A stretch of 64,000 nt of DNA. Origin: a virus. A model generated the notes under the pieces. That model made no database searches. It had not been told where the DNA came from and saw nothing but the letters and a program-made list of their open reading frames with translations. Where the stretch lies: IMG/VR virus record IMGVR_UViG_3300038558_000079, positions 1 through 64,000 of that record; one strand, written 5' to 3'. Numbering within the stretch: position 1 is the first letter of the stretch; every line of letters begins with the position of its first letter. A program made the position numbers and the translations under genes. Shown here piece by piece: positions 18,011 through 28,188 of the stretch.

Positions 18011-19348
18011 GTGAGGTCGAAAATGGCTAAAAACAAGAAACAGCTAGGCGTTCAACAAATACTACTCCATCCCGACAAGGAGACAAAGGCTGTTCTTGAA
18101 TATTTGTGCGAACAGTCCGGTAAGCTGTACAACAGTGGGGTGTATTTTGCGCGTCAAACATTTTTCAAGACTGGTAAGTTACTGACGGGAAAGTTTGACT
18201 TAGTTTATGAGCAAACTGTAGGAAAAAGTCAGATTGCTCAGTCCTTACCGTCAACACCTGCGCAGCAAACATTATTGAGCGTCACCGAAGCGTTTAAATC
18301 CTACAAGGAATTGCGACAGCTCTGGGTTAAAGGACAATTGTCAGATAAGCCAAAACCACCTAATTATTTGAAGGGGTCAAAACTATTTAAGGTGGCATAC
18401 CCTAACTCAGGAGGTCAAAAGCCAAAAACAGTTGATGGGCAACTTCAATTCTCTCTCGGATTAACAGTTAAGCGATGGTTTGGCGTTGACAATTTTAAGC
18501 TACCGATACCAACAAACCTGGATATAACCAAAGTTAAAGAGTGGACAATACTTCCTAAAAATGGTGCATTTTATCTTGAAGCTTCCTACACTCTCGCTCA
18601 AGAGCAAACTTGTCGAGAATTTGCCAATCAAGCATTAGCAATTGACTTGGGTACTGCTGACAACTTAGCAGCTTGCGTTGACACATTAGGCAACTCTTTT
18701 TTGATTGATGCTCGTGCGATGAAAGCTTTCAATCAGTGCTGGAATAAACAAGTAGCAACCAGAAAAGAAAAAAAACCTGAAGGGTATTGGGACGCATGGC
18801 TTGACCGTGTAACTCGTAAGCGCAACCATCGAGTGAGAGATGGTATAAACAAGGCGGCAAGGATTATTGTTAGCCATTGTCTCAAGTACAGAATCGGAAC
18901 AATCGTCATAGGCTGGAATGAAGGCTTTAAGTGCAATGCCAATATGGGTAGATTGAACAATCAAAAATTTGTCCAAATACCATTGGGTAAGCTTAAAGAT
19001 AGGATCGAGCAATTGTGTGACTTGTATGGCATTAGGCTTGTGATAACCGAAGAGTCCTACACAAGCAAAGCTAGTTACTTAGATGGAGACTCCCTACCCA
19101 AATATGGTGAAAAACCAGAAGGGTGGAAAGCATCAGGTAAAAGAACAAAGCGCGGGTTGTACACAAGCAAAAATGGCTCACTAGTAAATGCGGACTTAAA
19201 CGGTGCCGCAAACATAATGAGCAAAGTAGCCAGAAAGCTAGGCATTGACTTAGCCCGACTGGGTAGACGGTCTTTGACAACCGTAACGAGAATCAGATTG
19301 TGGGTACTACCTCAGTCTACTCTGTCTGTAGAATCCCCGTGTCTTTAG
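18011..19348 (+). CDS. tnpB: RNA-guided endonuclease TnpB
   Basis: AIDLG, VIGWN, EESYTSKAS, NADLNGAANI. Confidence 0.95.
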   Translation: MRSKMAKNKKQLGVQQILLHPDKETKAVLEYLCEQSGKLYNSGVYFARQTFFKTGKLLTGKFDLVYEQTVGKSQIAQSLPSTPAQQTLLSVTEAFKSYKELRQLWVKGQLSDKPKPPNYLKGSKLFKVAYPNSGGQKPKTVDGQLQFSLGLTVKRWFGVDNFKLPIPTNLDITKVKEWTILPKNGAFYLEASYTLAQEQTCREFANQALAIDLGTADNLAACVDTLGNSFLIDARAMKAFNQCWNKQVATRKEKKPEGYWDAWLDRVTRKRNHRVRDGINKAARIIVSHCLKYRIGTIVIGWNEGFKCNANMGRLNNQKFVQIPLGKLKDRIEQLCDLYGIRLVITEESYTSKASYLDGDSLPKYGEKPEGWKASGKRTKRGLYTSKNGSLVNADLNGAANIMSKVARKLGIDLARLGRRSLTTVTRIRLWVLPQSTLSVESPCL

Positions 19349-19434
19349 ATCGGGGAGTGTCAAAAACCACTGATGAAAGTCATTTTCCTACTTGACACCC
19401 TTTTGCAAACGAGTAAAAAACTTTCAAGCACCCC

Positions 19435-19463
19435 TTGACATCCATTGAGAGTTGAGTTATTAT
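19435..19463 (+). promoter_or_regulatory. Sigma70 promoter for candidate ncRNA 2
   Basis: TTGACA-17-TATTAT. Confidence 0.7.
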
Positions 19464-19468
19464 AGTAG

Positions 19469-19800
19469 AGAGCATAAAAGTTCTACTCAAATGCTCTTTC
19501 TTGTAACCCTAACGGGTGGGTTAACATACCAGCGAGCTGGATTCCGGTAATACGGAAAGACAGTAGTGGTTTGCAAACAACCTCGGAGGCGATAACTGTC
19601 TCGCCTAAGTCCATTACAACAGGAATGCCGAGGCTCTGGAAACAGGGAGCCGGGACGAAAAAACCGTGAAACCGCGATACTCCCCATTGCTGTAGACAAG
19701 AGAGAAAATTAAAGTACTGCTTTTATACCGCGATCGCACCCAACGTTGGATTAGCTCATCTTGCATACAAAATCCCCACCTGTAAAGGTTGGTATTTTTT
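19469..19800 (+). ncRNA. Candidate structured ncRNA 2 (core ~235 nt, terminator-like stem at 19771-19800)
   Basis: Nested helices 19496-19504/19696-19704 and 19560-19569/19684-19693 with G-U pairs, several hairpins including ctg-GAAA-cag; no plausible + strand ORF. Confidence 0.6.
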
Positions 19801-19955
19801 TACACTACAAAATACCAGCTTACTTTTAGCTGCAAATTTATAGCATCGAACATCACAGGGTAGATTTAGCTCAATTAACTGAGTGTTACTAACCCAGAGT
19901 AGTGTTAAAAAGCAGGGTGTCTGAAAGGCCATGATTCTTACACTGTATAGTTTTC

Positions 19956-20004
19956 AGCTTCCGACATGTTACCTACAGTTACTATAAAAGAAGAGAACAT
20001 GTCG
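19956..20004. repeat. Dispersed palindrome copy 8 (right arm degenerate)
   Basis: agcttccgacatgtt-N25-aacatgtcg, 14 bp before TTGACA-18-TATAAT (20018-20047). Confidence 0.9.
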
Positions 20005-20074
20005 TAAAGTTCTTATATTGACATTTCCCGAATAAAAACTGTATAATGTAACTACAGTACATCGGATACCATAT

Positions 20075-20782
20075 ATGATTAGTAGATTACCAACCCAAGG
20101 GTTACCAGTAGAACTTCGGTCTGCATACTTCCATAGGATATGGGGGGAAGATGAGAGTATTGTCACTCAACTCTCCCAGCGGCAACAGCAAGCACTCAAA
20201 CTGTACTATGGATTGTTAGGGGAAAACCCACACCGGGTAAGGGAGATACAGGAAATCACAGGTAACAAGAATCATTCTTTAATTAGGTCATTGTGCTTAC
20301 AGGCATTTACAGCCTTGCAACGCAAAAAACAAAAGAGAATATGTGAACAGTTGGGAATCACCACAAAGGAGATACCTGTAAGCCTGAGAGCGGCCTATTA
20401 TCAGGCTATGTATTTCAATCTCGATTTAACTGAGGGATATGAAAAAATCCCGGTAAAGACTAAGAAAATATTCCAGTCCTATTATGCAGAGATAGGTAAG
20501 TGTCTTAGTGTTGAAGAATTAGCTTTTCGATATCAGTTAACACCAAAACGGGTGTTAAAGTTGATTTCTCATGCAGAGGACGCTCTGGTAGAGATTGCGC
20601 AGGCAAAGGTAGCTAGTACCATGTACCAGGAGTGGTTGAAAGTTACGAAAAGGTATTGTCCTAATTGCTTTTCAACCAATGTCACTCCACTTTACTCTCA
20701 GGGGCGACGGAACGGGTTAAGGTGTTTTGAATGCAATAAGCCAGTTTCACTCAACAGTTTCGGTCTGATTAGACTGGCTTAA
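20075..20782 (+). CDS. Sigma70 region-4-like HTH regulator with C-terminal zinc ribbon
   Basis: LSQRQQQALKLYYGL..., second HTH-like repeat, CPNC...CFEC. Confidence 0.65.
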   Translation: MISRLPTQGLPVELRSAYFHRIWGEDESIVTQLSQRQQQALKLYYGLLGENPHRVREIQEITGNKNHSLIRSLCLQAFTALQRKKQKRICEQLGITTKEIPVSLRAAYYQAMYFNLDLTEGYEKIPVKTKKIFQSYYAEIGKCLSVEELAFRYQLTPKRVLKLISHAEDALVEIAQAKVASTMYQEWLKVTKRYCPNCFSTNVTPLYSQGRRNGLRCFECNKPVSLNSFGLIRLA

Positions 20783-22129
20783 GTTAAGATCTATAGTTCC
20801 TTCAAGCCCTAGATTAAGCGCTAGGGCTTTTCTAATCTCATCAGAAGTAATAGCACCTATCTCTTTATAAACAGCACGTTCCTGGGCTTGAAGATTTGCT
20901 AGTTCCTGCTTCTCCTTGGCAGTTTCCTCGTAAATTACTGGGAAGTCAATCTCCCATACGCGGGGTTCTATACCACCAGTAACCCCATTTTTGCAGAAGT
21001 GGTATAGTTTTACGAGCCTTTCCAAGGGTTCCTTGAGAACTTCCTTCTGATATTTGAGTATGGTTTGGTTCAATTCTTTTGTTTCACTCTCACCACTAGT
21101 AATTCCAGATGGTGATTGGTTAAAGAAGGATGTGTGCGGTATTTCCGTATTTGCACCCAAATCTTCCTTTAATATTTTCATCATGTCTGCAACACCCGTA
21201 AAGTTACGACTAACAATCTCGTGACCGTCAGTAGTATCCAGTAACCAGACATTTAGCACTGATGAGATGTAGTTCATCACCTGTAATCTTTGCTCAACTT
21301 CCTTACGCCTATTCTGAGATAGTAGGTTAGAAAGTCCAGCCATCTTTATCAGCATTCTGTTGAAATCTTGTATGGCTACTGCGATAGAATCCTTACCCAA
21401 ATTATAGTCTCTAAGATCGCTATATGCTCTTACAAGTACACTTAACCCAAATCCACCATACCTCTCGCGCGAGCGCTGCACACCAACGTCGATGCCTTTG
21501 AATGCTAGTAGTCTACTCTTATGTATCCGTGTACCATACCCATTTGAAAACTGGTACAGTAGAGGTTCACCATAATCTCTTAGAGTAGGCTCATCTTGGT
21601 AAGAGTATACCGAGACTTGACCGCCAATACCACCCGATTGCACATTAAGCCATTCAATGTCTTTTAGCCTCTTAGTGTCTAGCGGTAACTCTAAGTTTGT
21701 TGCACCATCATTGCACCCTAAGACGATTACACTACCGCCGTATTTCCTAGCCATGCTCATAGCTTTATTGAAATATGGCATTGCCTTATTGATTAGTTGT
21801 TGCATTTCCGCGATCGCGTCACCACTGCCATTCTTCCCTACAGCAACATCTCCAATGTCTTTAATTGTATAGATGGGGTTTTTTCGGGTACACAAACCGG
21901 GTAATTGCTCTACAAGTTTTGCAGCATACTTATCACCTTCAAATAGGTTATCAATGTCTGAAAATGATAATACTTTTGGTGGTTTTATTATTACCGCTTC
22001 TCGCTTATCGGCATTCTGCATTCCAATCTTAGTTGCTAATGATGCTAAGATTGAATCTAATCTCATCTGAGTAGCTATTAGTTCTTGTTCTGTAGTCTCG
22101 TTAGTATTTACTTTTACATTAATTGCCAT
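20747..22129 (-). CDS. Phage portal protein (DUF1073 family)
   Basis: ARKYGGS, RIHKSRL, G.SVL..AY, IPHT.FFNQSP.G...GES; follows terL. Confidence 0.88.
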   Translation of the reverse strand: MAINVKVNTNETTEQELIATQMRLDSILASLATKIGMQNADKREAVIIKPPKVLSFSDIDNLFEGDKYAAKLVEQLPGLCTRKNPIYTIKDIGDVAVGKNGSGDAIAEMQQLINKAMPYFNKAMSMARKYGGSVIVLGCNDGATNLELPLDTKRLKDIEWLNVQSGGIGGQVSVYSYQDEPTLRDYGEPLLYQFSNGYGTRIHKSRLLAFKGIDVGVQRSRERYGGFGLSVLVRAYSDLRDYNLGKDSIAVAIQDFNRMLIKMAGLSNLLSQNRRKEVEQRLQVMNYISSVLNVWLLDTTDGHEIVSRNFTGVADMMKILKEDLGANTEIPHTSFFNQSPSGITSGESETKELNQTILKYQKEVLKEPLERLVKLYHFCKNGVTGGIEPRVWEIDFPVIYEETAKEKQELANLQAQERAVYKEIGAITSDEIRKALALNLGLEGTIDLNLSQSNQTETVE

Positions 22130-22133
22130 ATAT

Positions 22134-23669
22134 TTAATTTAACCACGCATCGAGGACATCTTCATAACTATAACTTGGTGCAAAAAGCATTGCTAGCATA
22201 TCTGCAAAGTCAGGACTATCAATGCCTCTTTTTCGCATTTCAGCCTTACTCTCTAGCAATATCTTACCACTACTTGTATATTTGCGTTTAGGTAGTGAAA
22301 TCTGAGCAATAAGGTCAGGGTGATTAGGGATACTGATTAATTCATCAAGGGGATATGCTTTAATACCAGTGGTGTGTTCGTAGGTTTTTTTAAATCGTTC
22401 GCGCAATAATCCCCACCATTCGGCTCTAGCATTCGCAAATTTCTCTTTACTAGTCCGTTGTTCACCCTCCCAATAGGTGTCACTTGGGGTAGCAGCACCT
22501 CGTAATGGGATAAAGGCAAATGGTAAACCACCCTCTATAGATGCTAGGGTAGATCCGACACCTTCCCCAACACCATCAGCATCAAAATTAAGCATTGTGG
22601 CCTGAAATTCGATCATTAGTTCCCGTACCTTAAAAGCACTTTCAGTGGTTCCCACACCACTCCAGTCTTCAAGATGTGTTACTGTGCCCCCCACTCTAAT
22701 CCCTAGTACGGTTCTATTTTTTCCAAAAGTGGCAATATCCAGACTTCCCACAGGATTGCCTACGATTGGTAATTGTAGTTCCCTACTAGCCATTACCCAT
22801 TTGTTTGGAATATATACATTCTCAACGGATGCGGTATAGTCTATGTCAATTTCCTGAGCTACTGTAATGGGGTCTAAGCAGTTGATTTGTTTTTGATACC
22901 AGTATTCATTCTTGCGCGGGTCATCTTGCCACTTAAAAGTGAATACTTGAACCTTGCCACTGAAGCGTTTTTTTGCGTAACAATTCCCCAGGCCATTTGG
23001 TGTTGACGTGTAGAATATGACATCAGTATTTTGGCTCAATGCGGCATCTACACTAGCCGCTCTCTCGATAAATGCAAATTCATCGATGTCATAAATTGTA
23101 CTTCGCCCCCCACGCCCCAAGTTATCTCCAGCTTCCCCTGTAATTGTTCCACCCGTATGTGGATTAATAATTCTTAAGTAATTATCATGTACATTCCAGT
23201 TAAAACCCTGTGGTAACATCCAGTAGGGGAGATATTTTAATATCATCCTAATTTTTTCAAAGATACTATCTGGATCGCCTTTCCTGTCTACTAATATCTC
23301 TTTTCGGGAACCGAATGCACCCTTAAAGTTAGCATCAAACAACCAGCAATGCGTTTGGTAGGCTACATTCAACCACGTTAGCCCCATATCTCTGGACTTT
23401 TCAATCAATCCATGTTCTTTATTATGTACCCTTTCATCGCGCCATTTTAAATATTCTACCTGCTTAGGGAATAGTACAAAAGGGATAAAAGCAGGCTTCT
23501 TACGCGGGTCGTAAGTGTAGACAAAATTGTTAACCCAGAATATTTTATCGCGTCTGGATAGCTCAAGACATAATTTGCGGAATTCTTTATCAACCTTACA
23601 TTTTTCTAGAAGTTTATACCTAGCGATTAACCCCTCATTAATTGTGTATTCCTTGGCTACTTCTATCAT
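22134..23669 (-). CDS. terL: Terminase large subunit
   Basis: IEKSRDMGLTW, IDEFAF, STPNG, DADGVG, SPDFADML. Confidence 0.93.
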   Translation of the reverse strand: MIEVAKEYTINEGLIARYKLLEKCKVDKEFRKLCLELSRRDKIFWVNNFVYTYDPRKKPAFIPFVLFPKQVEYLKWRDERVHNKEHGLIEKSRDMGLTWLNVAYQTHCWLFDANFKGAFGSRKEILVDRKGDPDSIFEKIRMILKYLPYWMLPQGFNWNVHDNYLRIINPHTGGTITGEAGDNLGRGGRSTIYDIDEFAFIERAASVDAALSQNTDVIFYTSTPNGLGNCYAKKRFSGKVQVFTFKWQDDPRKNEYWYQKQINCLDPITVAQEIDIDYTASVENVYIPNKWVMASRELQLPIVGNPVGSLDIATFGKNRTVLGIRVGGTVTHLEDWSGVGTTESAFKVRELMIEFQATMLNFDADGVGEGVGSTLASIEGGLPFAFIPLRGAATPSDTYWEGEQRTSKEKFANARAEWWGLLRERFKKTYEHTTGIKAYPLDELISIPNHPDLIAQISLPKRKYTSSGKILLESKAEMRKRGIDSPDFADMLAMLFAPSYSYEDVLDAWLN

Positions 23670-23965
23670 GCCTGTAATCTTCTCCTGATTTCAGCAGCGA
23701 TAATGGAGGGGTCTAGTTCTTCTAAGTTAGCCTCACAGAATTCGGTATCTTCAGTGTCATTTGTTGTTGGGATATTATTCTGATGTTTTAAGATTTCTAG
23801 GTAAGCTTTTATGGCTTGAATCTTAGTAGTATTTAACTTAATCGAATCAGGGGCAACATCTTCAGTTTTAATTATGGCTCTCAATTTAGATTTAAGCCAT
23901 TGAATTTCACCTTCATCAACATTAGCGTTTTCGGGAACTAGCGTTATTACCTTATTCTTATTCAT
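23666..23965 (-). CDS. Possible terminase small subunit
   Basis: 99-aa helical protein overlapping the terL start. Confidence 0.45.
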   Translation of the reverse strand: MNKNKVITLVPENANVDEGEIQWLKSKLRAIIKTEDVAPDSIKLNTTKIQAIKAYLEILKHQNNIPTTNDTEDTEFCEANLEELDPSIIAAEIRRRLQA

Positions 23966-23968
23966 TAT

Positions 23969-26716
23969 TTACACCGTTACTAGCCCTGTAGTAGTTAGCA
24001 TATCAGGAGTCCATTTGACAGCTTGTACTTCTATACTACCATCATTACCAGGATTAACCATGTTCACCTTGTAAGTTCTCTCTTGTGTAACATTTTTACC
24101 TATCGATATATAATCCCCACTTCTGTTTTCCGATGGTGGCAATATTGCCTGATTAGCGCCATATATATGTAGCTTAATAACTCCACTATAATCTACCGAG
24201 TATGCGCTGAGGCTATTTTCCAGATATCCATTTTCAAGATGCCAACAAGCGCAATTATATATCCCTGGGACTATACCGGTATCTGTTTCCGCACTTAGTA
24301 ATACTATATAAAAACCGCCAGCATTATAGGTAGACTCTAGTGCAAAACCTGAGCATTCCTTGTCAAACTCTGTAAATTGGTGTTGGACTAGAATTAGATC
24401 ACCCGGCTGTAGATAACAAGCTTGGATACCAGTCTTAAAACTTATTGCTCTATCCTGTAACAGCCTGGTTTTTAAATACACTTGTCCAACTCTGGCGGCT
24501 TGGTTAAAGTTGGTGACGCTATCTAATTGTAAGGTTTCCTCAACAATCTGAACAGAACCACTGTAGGCATCATCAGTCATGATTGTTACACTAGCAGGCT
24601 TAAAGAGTCCATCGCTACCATCAAGGTAGGTTACGACAACTGTATTGAGTTCTTGTCTCTCTGCAAATTCTTCAACAAAGTCATAAACATTAGAAGCGTT
24701 AAATAGTGCCACCGGACTACGTTGAACTTCTGGCAATAGTGCAAAGCTTCCATTAATTTTAGATGGGAATAGTAAACTTCCCAGTGACTCTCTAGTAGCC
24801 CATTGGAGCCATGGGATAGGTTTATCAATTACACCGTCCCAGAAGAAACTATTAGCTATACAAAAATACTTACTATCCACAATGGAGTTGTAGTCTACAT
24901 AGAAATCAGCGTCTATGAGACTGCCTAAGCCTCCTTCTGGATTAGTAAGGGTATCAAGGTAGATGTCAGGGAAATAGTTACTACACCCTTCGTACCAAGC
25001 TACCCAGCGATCGCCTCTAGTCCATGAGATAGCGGGGTTGGTGACAACGATGGAATTAGTGTAATCAATCCCGGTAATTGTAGCTTGAATTCTTCTATCG
25101 AGGTTTCTAATAATAATCCCATTGGTTAGAAGTCCTACACCTCTAATCTGATCTATCAAAAGGCTGGGGTGAGTTTGGGTACAACTACCACTCCATACCA
25201 AGACTTTCATCTTAGAATATCCTTGGGTAATGAGCCATTCACCTTGGGGTGTACCCTGTAGTTGGCTACTCGCTTTAGCAATTAATCCAGCACCCGAAAG
25301 TTTGGGATAACTTACCACCCGTGGTTGACCTAATGTAGCTGGATAGACAATCTCATTGATACTTGACACCTGTGCTGGAGCGCTTCCCTGTTGACCCCAT
25401 TGTTTTTTATTGCCGGGACTTAGTGCTTCGGAGAAATCTACCAATTGTCCTCCTTCAAAGACGATGGTATAGTTCCCAAAATATCTAGTTACCTGGTTTC
25501 CGCTATCATCTAAGTGATAACCACTGGCTCCAGTAGCTAGCGCCAGTCCCCAATCAACAGTCCGGAATTCTATTTTATATTTAGCGTAAGGTAGGTTGAT
25601 AATCTTTAGAACCCGTCTTAAGTTACTTTTTGAAGCCGATATAATGCAGAAACGACATACATTATTACCATCAATGTATAAATCCCATGCTCCAGCTTTT
25701 TTGACATCTTTGGGTGGTTTCTTCTCGCTTTTCTGTTCAGTAGCCCAGAACACACCAGTAATATGAATATCTAATTGGTTTACCTTTTTACTAGATGTGT
25801 AGATAAAATCCCATATCTCACTAATTGAGTCTCCACCGCCAACTGAGACAGTCGGGTTAGTAATTAGTAATCCTTTATCAAAATCCTTTGCTATTACCTT
25901 AAAGTCTTGGTTTCTAGCTCTATATCTGACCCCTGGTGAAAATAAATCTAACGTACCATCCGCATTAAGTAAGTCAATACTGCTACCCACCATCTTATGG
26001 ACTTGGGATTTGACATCGCTCCCCATACTTTGATTTGAGCTAGGGCTAACAGACTGTGAATAGTAATCAAAACCCGGCAATGGCAATTGTGTGATTAGTC
26101 CTGGTAATATGTATTGTTGAATCTCATCTGCATAAAAATTATCAATTGGTTGACCGTTTATTAGAGTTTTAGTTATATCCACATAACCAATCTCTCTATG
26201 CCCAAAAATAACCAGTTGGTATATCTTCTGAGTATTTTTACTAGTCTCCACATGCACATGTACGGGTGAGCCTTTGAACCTCACACCGCCATTAGGGTTG
26301 ATGTTCCGATTGCAGTAAATTAGTGGAATAGCACCACCAATAGAAGGGAGTGCTGACAACCCATCAAAACCATAAGTTTGTGTTTGACGTGACTCTTTTT
26401 GTGTCTCAGCTTTCTTACCGCCCCCAAATAATCTCCACCCTATAGATGCACCCATCAAAGCACCAACAATGCCACCAACACCAAGTAAGGGTGCTGCTAA
26501 GAAACCAATCGCTGCGAATGCTAGGACACCTAGAATTTTCCCGTTCTGGACATCGTAAAAAACCGCATCGGGATTATTGGCTAGCTCGATTGCCCACAGG
26601 TTCCTTTGATGAAAGTGATATTCCGCGATCGCCCTCAAATCGGAATTACTTAGTATTACCCCGTGTTCGTCTTTCAGGTGTTGTATGAAGGCATCATTCG
26701 ACATTGCTGTACTCAC
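23969..26716 (-). CDS. Tail tip / host-specificity protein (gpI/gpJ-like)
   Basis: Gly-rich hydrophobic N-terminus, YGF...IGG.IPLIY, FFWDGVID, NTVVVTYLD, LQPGDLI. Confidence 0.8.
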   Translation of the reverse strand: MSTAMSNDAFIQHLKDEHGVILSNSDLRAIAEYHFHQRNLWAIELANNPDAVFYDVQNGKILGVLAFAAIGFLAAPLLGVGGIVGALMGASIGWRLFGGGKKAETQKESRQTQTYGFDGLSALPSIGGAIPLIYCNRNINPNGGVRFKGSPVHVHVETSKNTQKIYQLVIFGHREIGYVDITKTLINGQPIDNFYADEIQQYILPGLITQLPLPGFDYYSQSVSPSSNQSMGSDVKSQVHKMVGSSIDLLNADGTLDLFSPGVRYRARNQDFKVIAKDFDKGLLITNPTVSVGGGDSISEIWDFIYTSSKKVNQLDIHITGVFWATEQKSEKKPPKDVKKAGAWDLYIDGNNVCRFCIISASKSNLRRVLKIINLPYAKYKIEFRTVDWGLALATGASGYHLDDSGNQVTRYFGNYTIVFEGGQLVDFSEALSPGNKKQWGQQGSAPAQVSSINEIVYPATLGQPRVVSYPKLSGAGLIAKASSQLQGTPQGEWLITQGYSKMKVLVWSGSCTQTHPSLLIDQIRGVGLLTNGIIIRNLDRRIQATITGIDYTNSIVVTNPAISWTRGDRWVAWYEGCSNYFPDIYLDTLTNPEGGLGSLIDADFYVDYNSIVDSKYFCIANSFFWDGVIDKPIPWLQWATRESLGSLLFPSKINGSFALLPEVQRSPVALFNASNVYDFVEEFAERQELNTVVVTYLDGSDGLFKPASVTIMTDDAYSGSVQIVEETLQLDSVTNFNQAARVGQVYLKTRLLQDRAISFKTGIQACYLQPGDLILVQHQFTEFDKECSGFALESTYNAGGFYIVLLSAETDTGIVPGIYNCACWHLENGYLENSLSAYSVDYSGVIKLHIYGANQAILPPSENRSGDYISIGKNVTQERTYKVNMVNPGNDGSIEVQAVKWTPDMLTTTGLVTV

Positions 26717-27077
26717 CTTTTATCTTTAAATAATCATCTGCTGATGGTATTCCCATAATATTAACAAAAGGGTTTACTGTACTTGAATTACTTCTGGGAG
26801 TAACAAGCGTATATCCAGCACGTTCTCTCAAGTCAGATATGTACTCCTGAGAATCTTTGCTACTACCGCCAAATGCTAATCCCACACACTGGTAAGTGTT
26901 AAGTGTATCCCTAGCTTTTTGGCGGTAGTAGAATTGTCTGTATTGCTCAAATTCCCAGTGCTTTAAACCCAACGCTTCGGTACGACTTAAACCGTAATAA
27001 GCAGTGAATAGTGGTAAATCCTCTATTATCCCTCTGATATAAGCTTCTGCTCTGTCTCTGTAGCTACTGTTGTCTCC
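26694..27077 (-). CDS. Tail assembly chaperone GT extension (-1 frameshift product)
   Basis: The -1 frame is open from the slippery site to the stop at 26694. Confidence 0.7.
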   Translation of the reverse strand, partial: GDNSSYRDRAEAYIRGIIEDLPLFTAYYGLSRTEALGLKHWEFEQYRQFYYRQKARDTLNTYQCVGLAFGGSSKDSQEYISDLRERAGYTLVTPRSNSSTVNPFVNIMGIPSADDYLKIKGEYSNVE

Positions 27078-27580
27078 TTTCCCACATCATCACTTTTGGT
27101 ATTTTCGGAGTTCTCTTCTAAAGCTTTATTCATTTGCTCTCTGATGCTATTAATAATTAGTGCCAGTGGAACATCCTTATTGAGGTTTTTTTTGCTTAGT
27201 TCACTCTTAATAAAAGTCAGGAAAGTGCCCGCTTTGCTTTGTGTTAATGCTTCGATATACGCAGCGTTAAGTGGTAGCATTGCTTTTACAGCTTCACCCA
27301 TTTTTTGAGTAATGTTGTTGATTTCAACCTGCTCATTAACAGAGATTTCATTAGAGACACTTAAATCATTAAGCTTCTTAACTAACAGTTGATATTGTTG
27401 ACCGAGTACCATCAATTCTACCTGACTGCTGACATACCGTAAATTATGCGCTTCGGTAATGTGGTCTGGTTTCCAACACTGAAATTCTACTTCTCCAATC
27501 CGAAAGATAAAGAAGGGTTTAACTTCATCTAGAATCTCAGCTAGTAAATCTTTGATTGGTGCTAAAGTGGTCATCTTCAT
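27026..27580 (-). CDS. Tail assembly chaperone G
   Basis: Follows the tail tube gene; GGAG RBS before ATG 27580. Confidence 0.7.
   Translation of the reverse strand: MKMTTLAPIKDLLAEILDEVKPFFIFRIGEVEFQCWKPDHITEAHNLRYVSSQVELMVLGQQYQLLVKKLNDLSVSNEISVNEQVEINNITQKMGEAVKAMLPLNAAYIEALTQSKAGTFLTFIKSELSKKNLNKDVPLALIINSIREQMNKALEENSENTKSDDVGKETTVATETEQKLISEG
27077..27083 (-). other. Programmed -1 frameshift site GGGAAAG
   Basis: G GGA AAG in frame, identical to the lambda G-T slippery heptamer. Confidence 0.85.
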
Positions 27581-27647
27581 GTCTCCATAATAAAAAGTAG
27601 GTGCATGTATTACACCTACTCCTATTATGCCATAAATTATGTAAAAA

Positions 27648-28178
27648 TTATCCGTTAGCTGTAATATCACCACGGATAACCTTAATTCCTGTCACCGGAT
27701 CTGGATAGGCAACAATAGTTGTCTTGTATTCCATTTGGTCTGTTTTGCTCATTGTAAGGGTAGCCATGGTTTCAATTCCAGCATTCAGAAATGTAAACCA
27801 GTTATCCCTGTTAGTCGTTGGAATTCCACCTTCGTATAGTTTGAGTAGTACTTGGAATTTTGGCACTCTTAATCCGGTCAAGTCCCCGTATTCAATCTTA
27901 CGTTTCAAGGGATCAATTGTATCCACTACATACCGCATGGGATTTGTGGCACGTCTGAAAAACTCTATGTCCATTTCAGCGATAGAGATTTCTAATTTTG
28001 CGTTAAACCCGGTAAAATATTTGTCGGCGGGTGCATCCGATGCCTGAGTTTTTAACTCCCCTACCATATCCTCCATGGTCAGAGTACCTGCATTTAGCTG
28101 ATCTTTGCTACCAATCACAAATTCGGCGGGTGTGCCTGGTGAGAGTATTACTTGTACGGGTGCTGCTTCTAAAGCCAT
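27648..28178 (-). CDS. Major tail tube protein
   Basis: 176 aa beta-rich; position before chaperones; T..AYPD C-terminus. Confidence 0.7.
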   Translation of the reverse strand: MALEAAPVQVILSPGTPAEFVIGSKDQLNAGTLTMEDMVGELKTQASDAPADKYFTGFNAKLEISIAEMDIEFFRRATNPMRYVVDTIDPLKRKIEYGDLTGLRVPKFQVLLKLYEGGIPTTNRDNWFTFLNAGIETMATLTMSKTDQMEYKTTIVAYPDPVTGIKVIRGDITANG

Positions 28179-28188
28179 TTTTTTGTAC

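Larger units (their letters stand above)
17459..19363 (+). mobile_element. Autonomous IS605-group element (divergent tnpA + tnpB)
   Basis: TCAT target, GAAA-hairpin left end, GAAT-hairpin-TCAA right end. Confidence 0.92.

Noticed and set aside
19364-19400. Hammerhead ribozyme at CTGATGA
   Set aside because: GAAA position reads GACA and no convincing stem III/UH site
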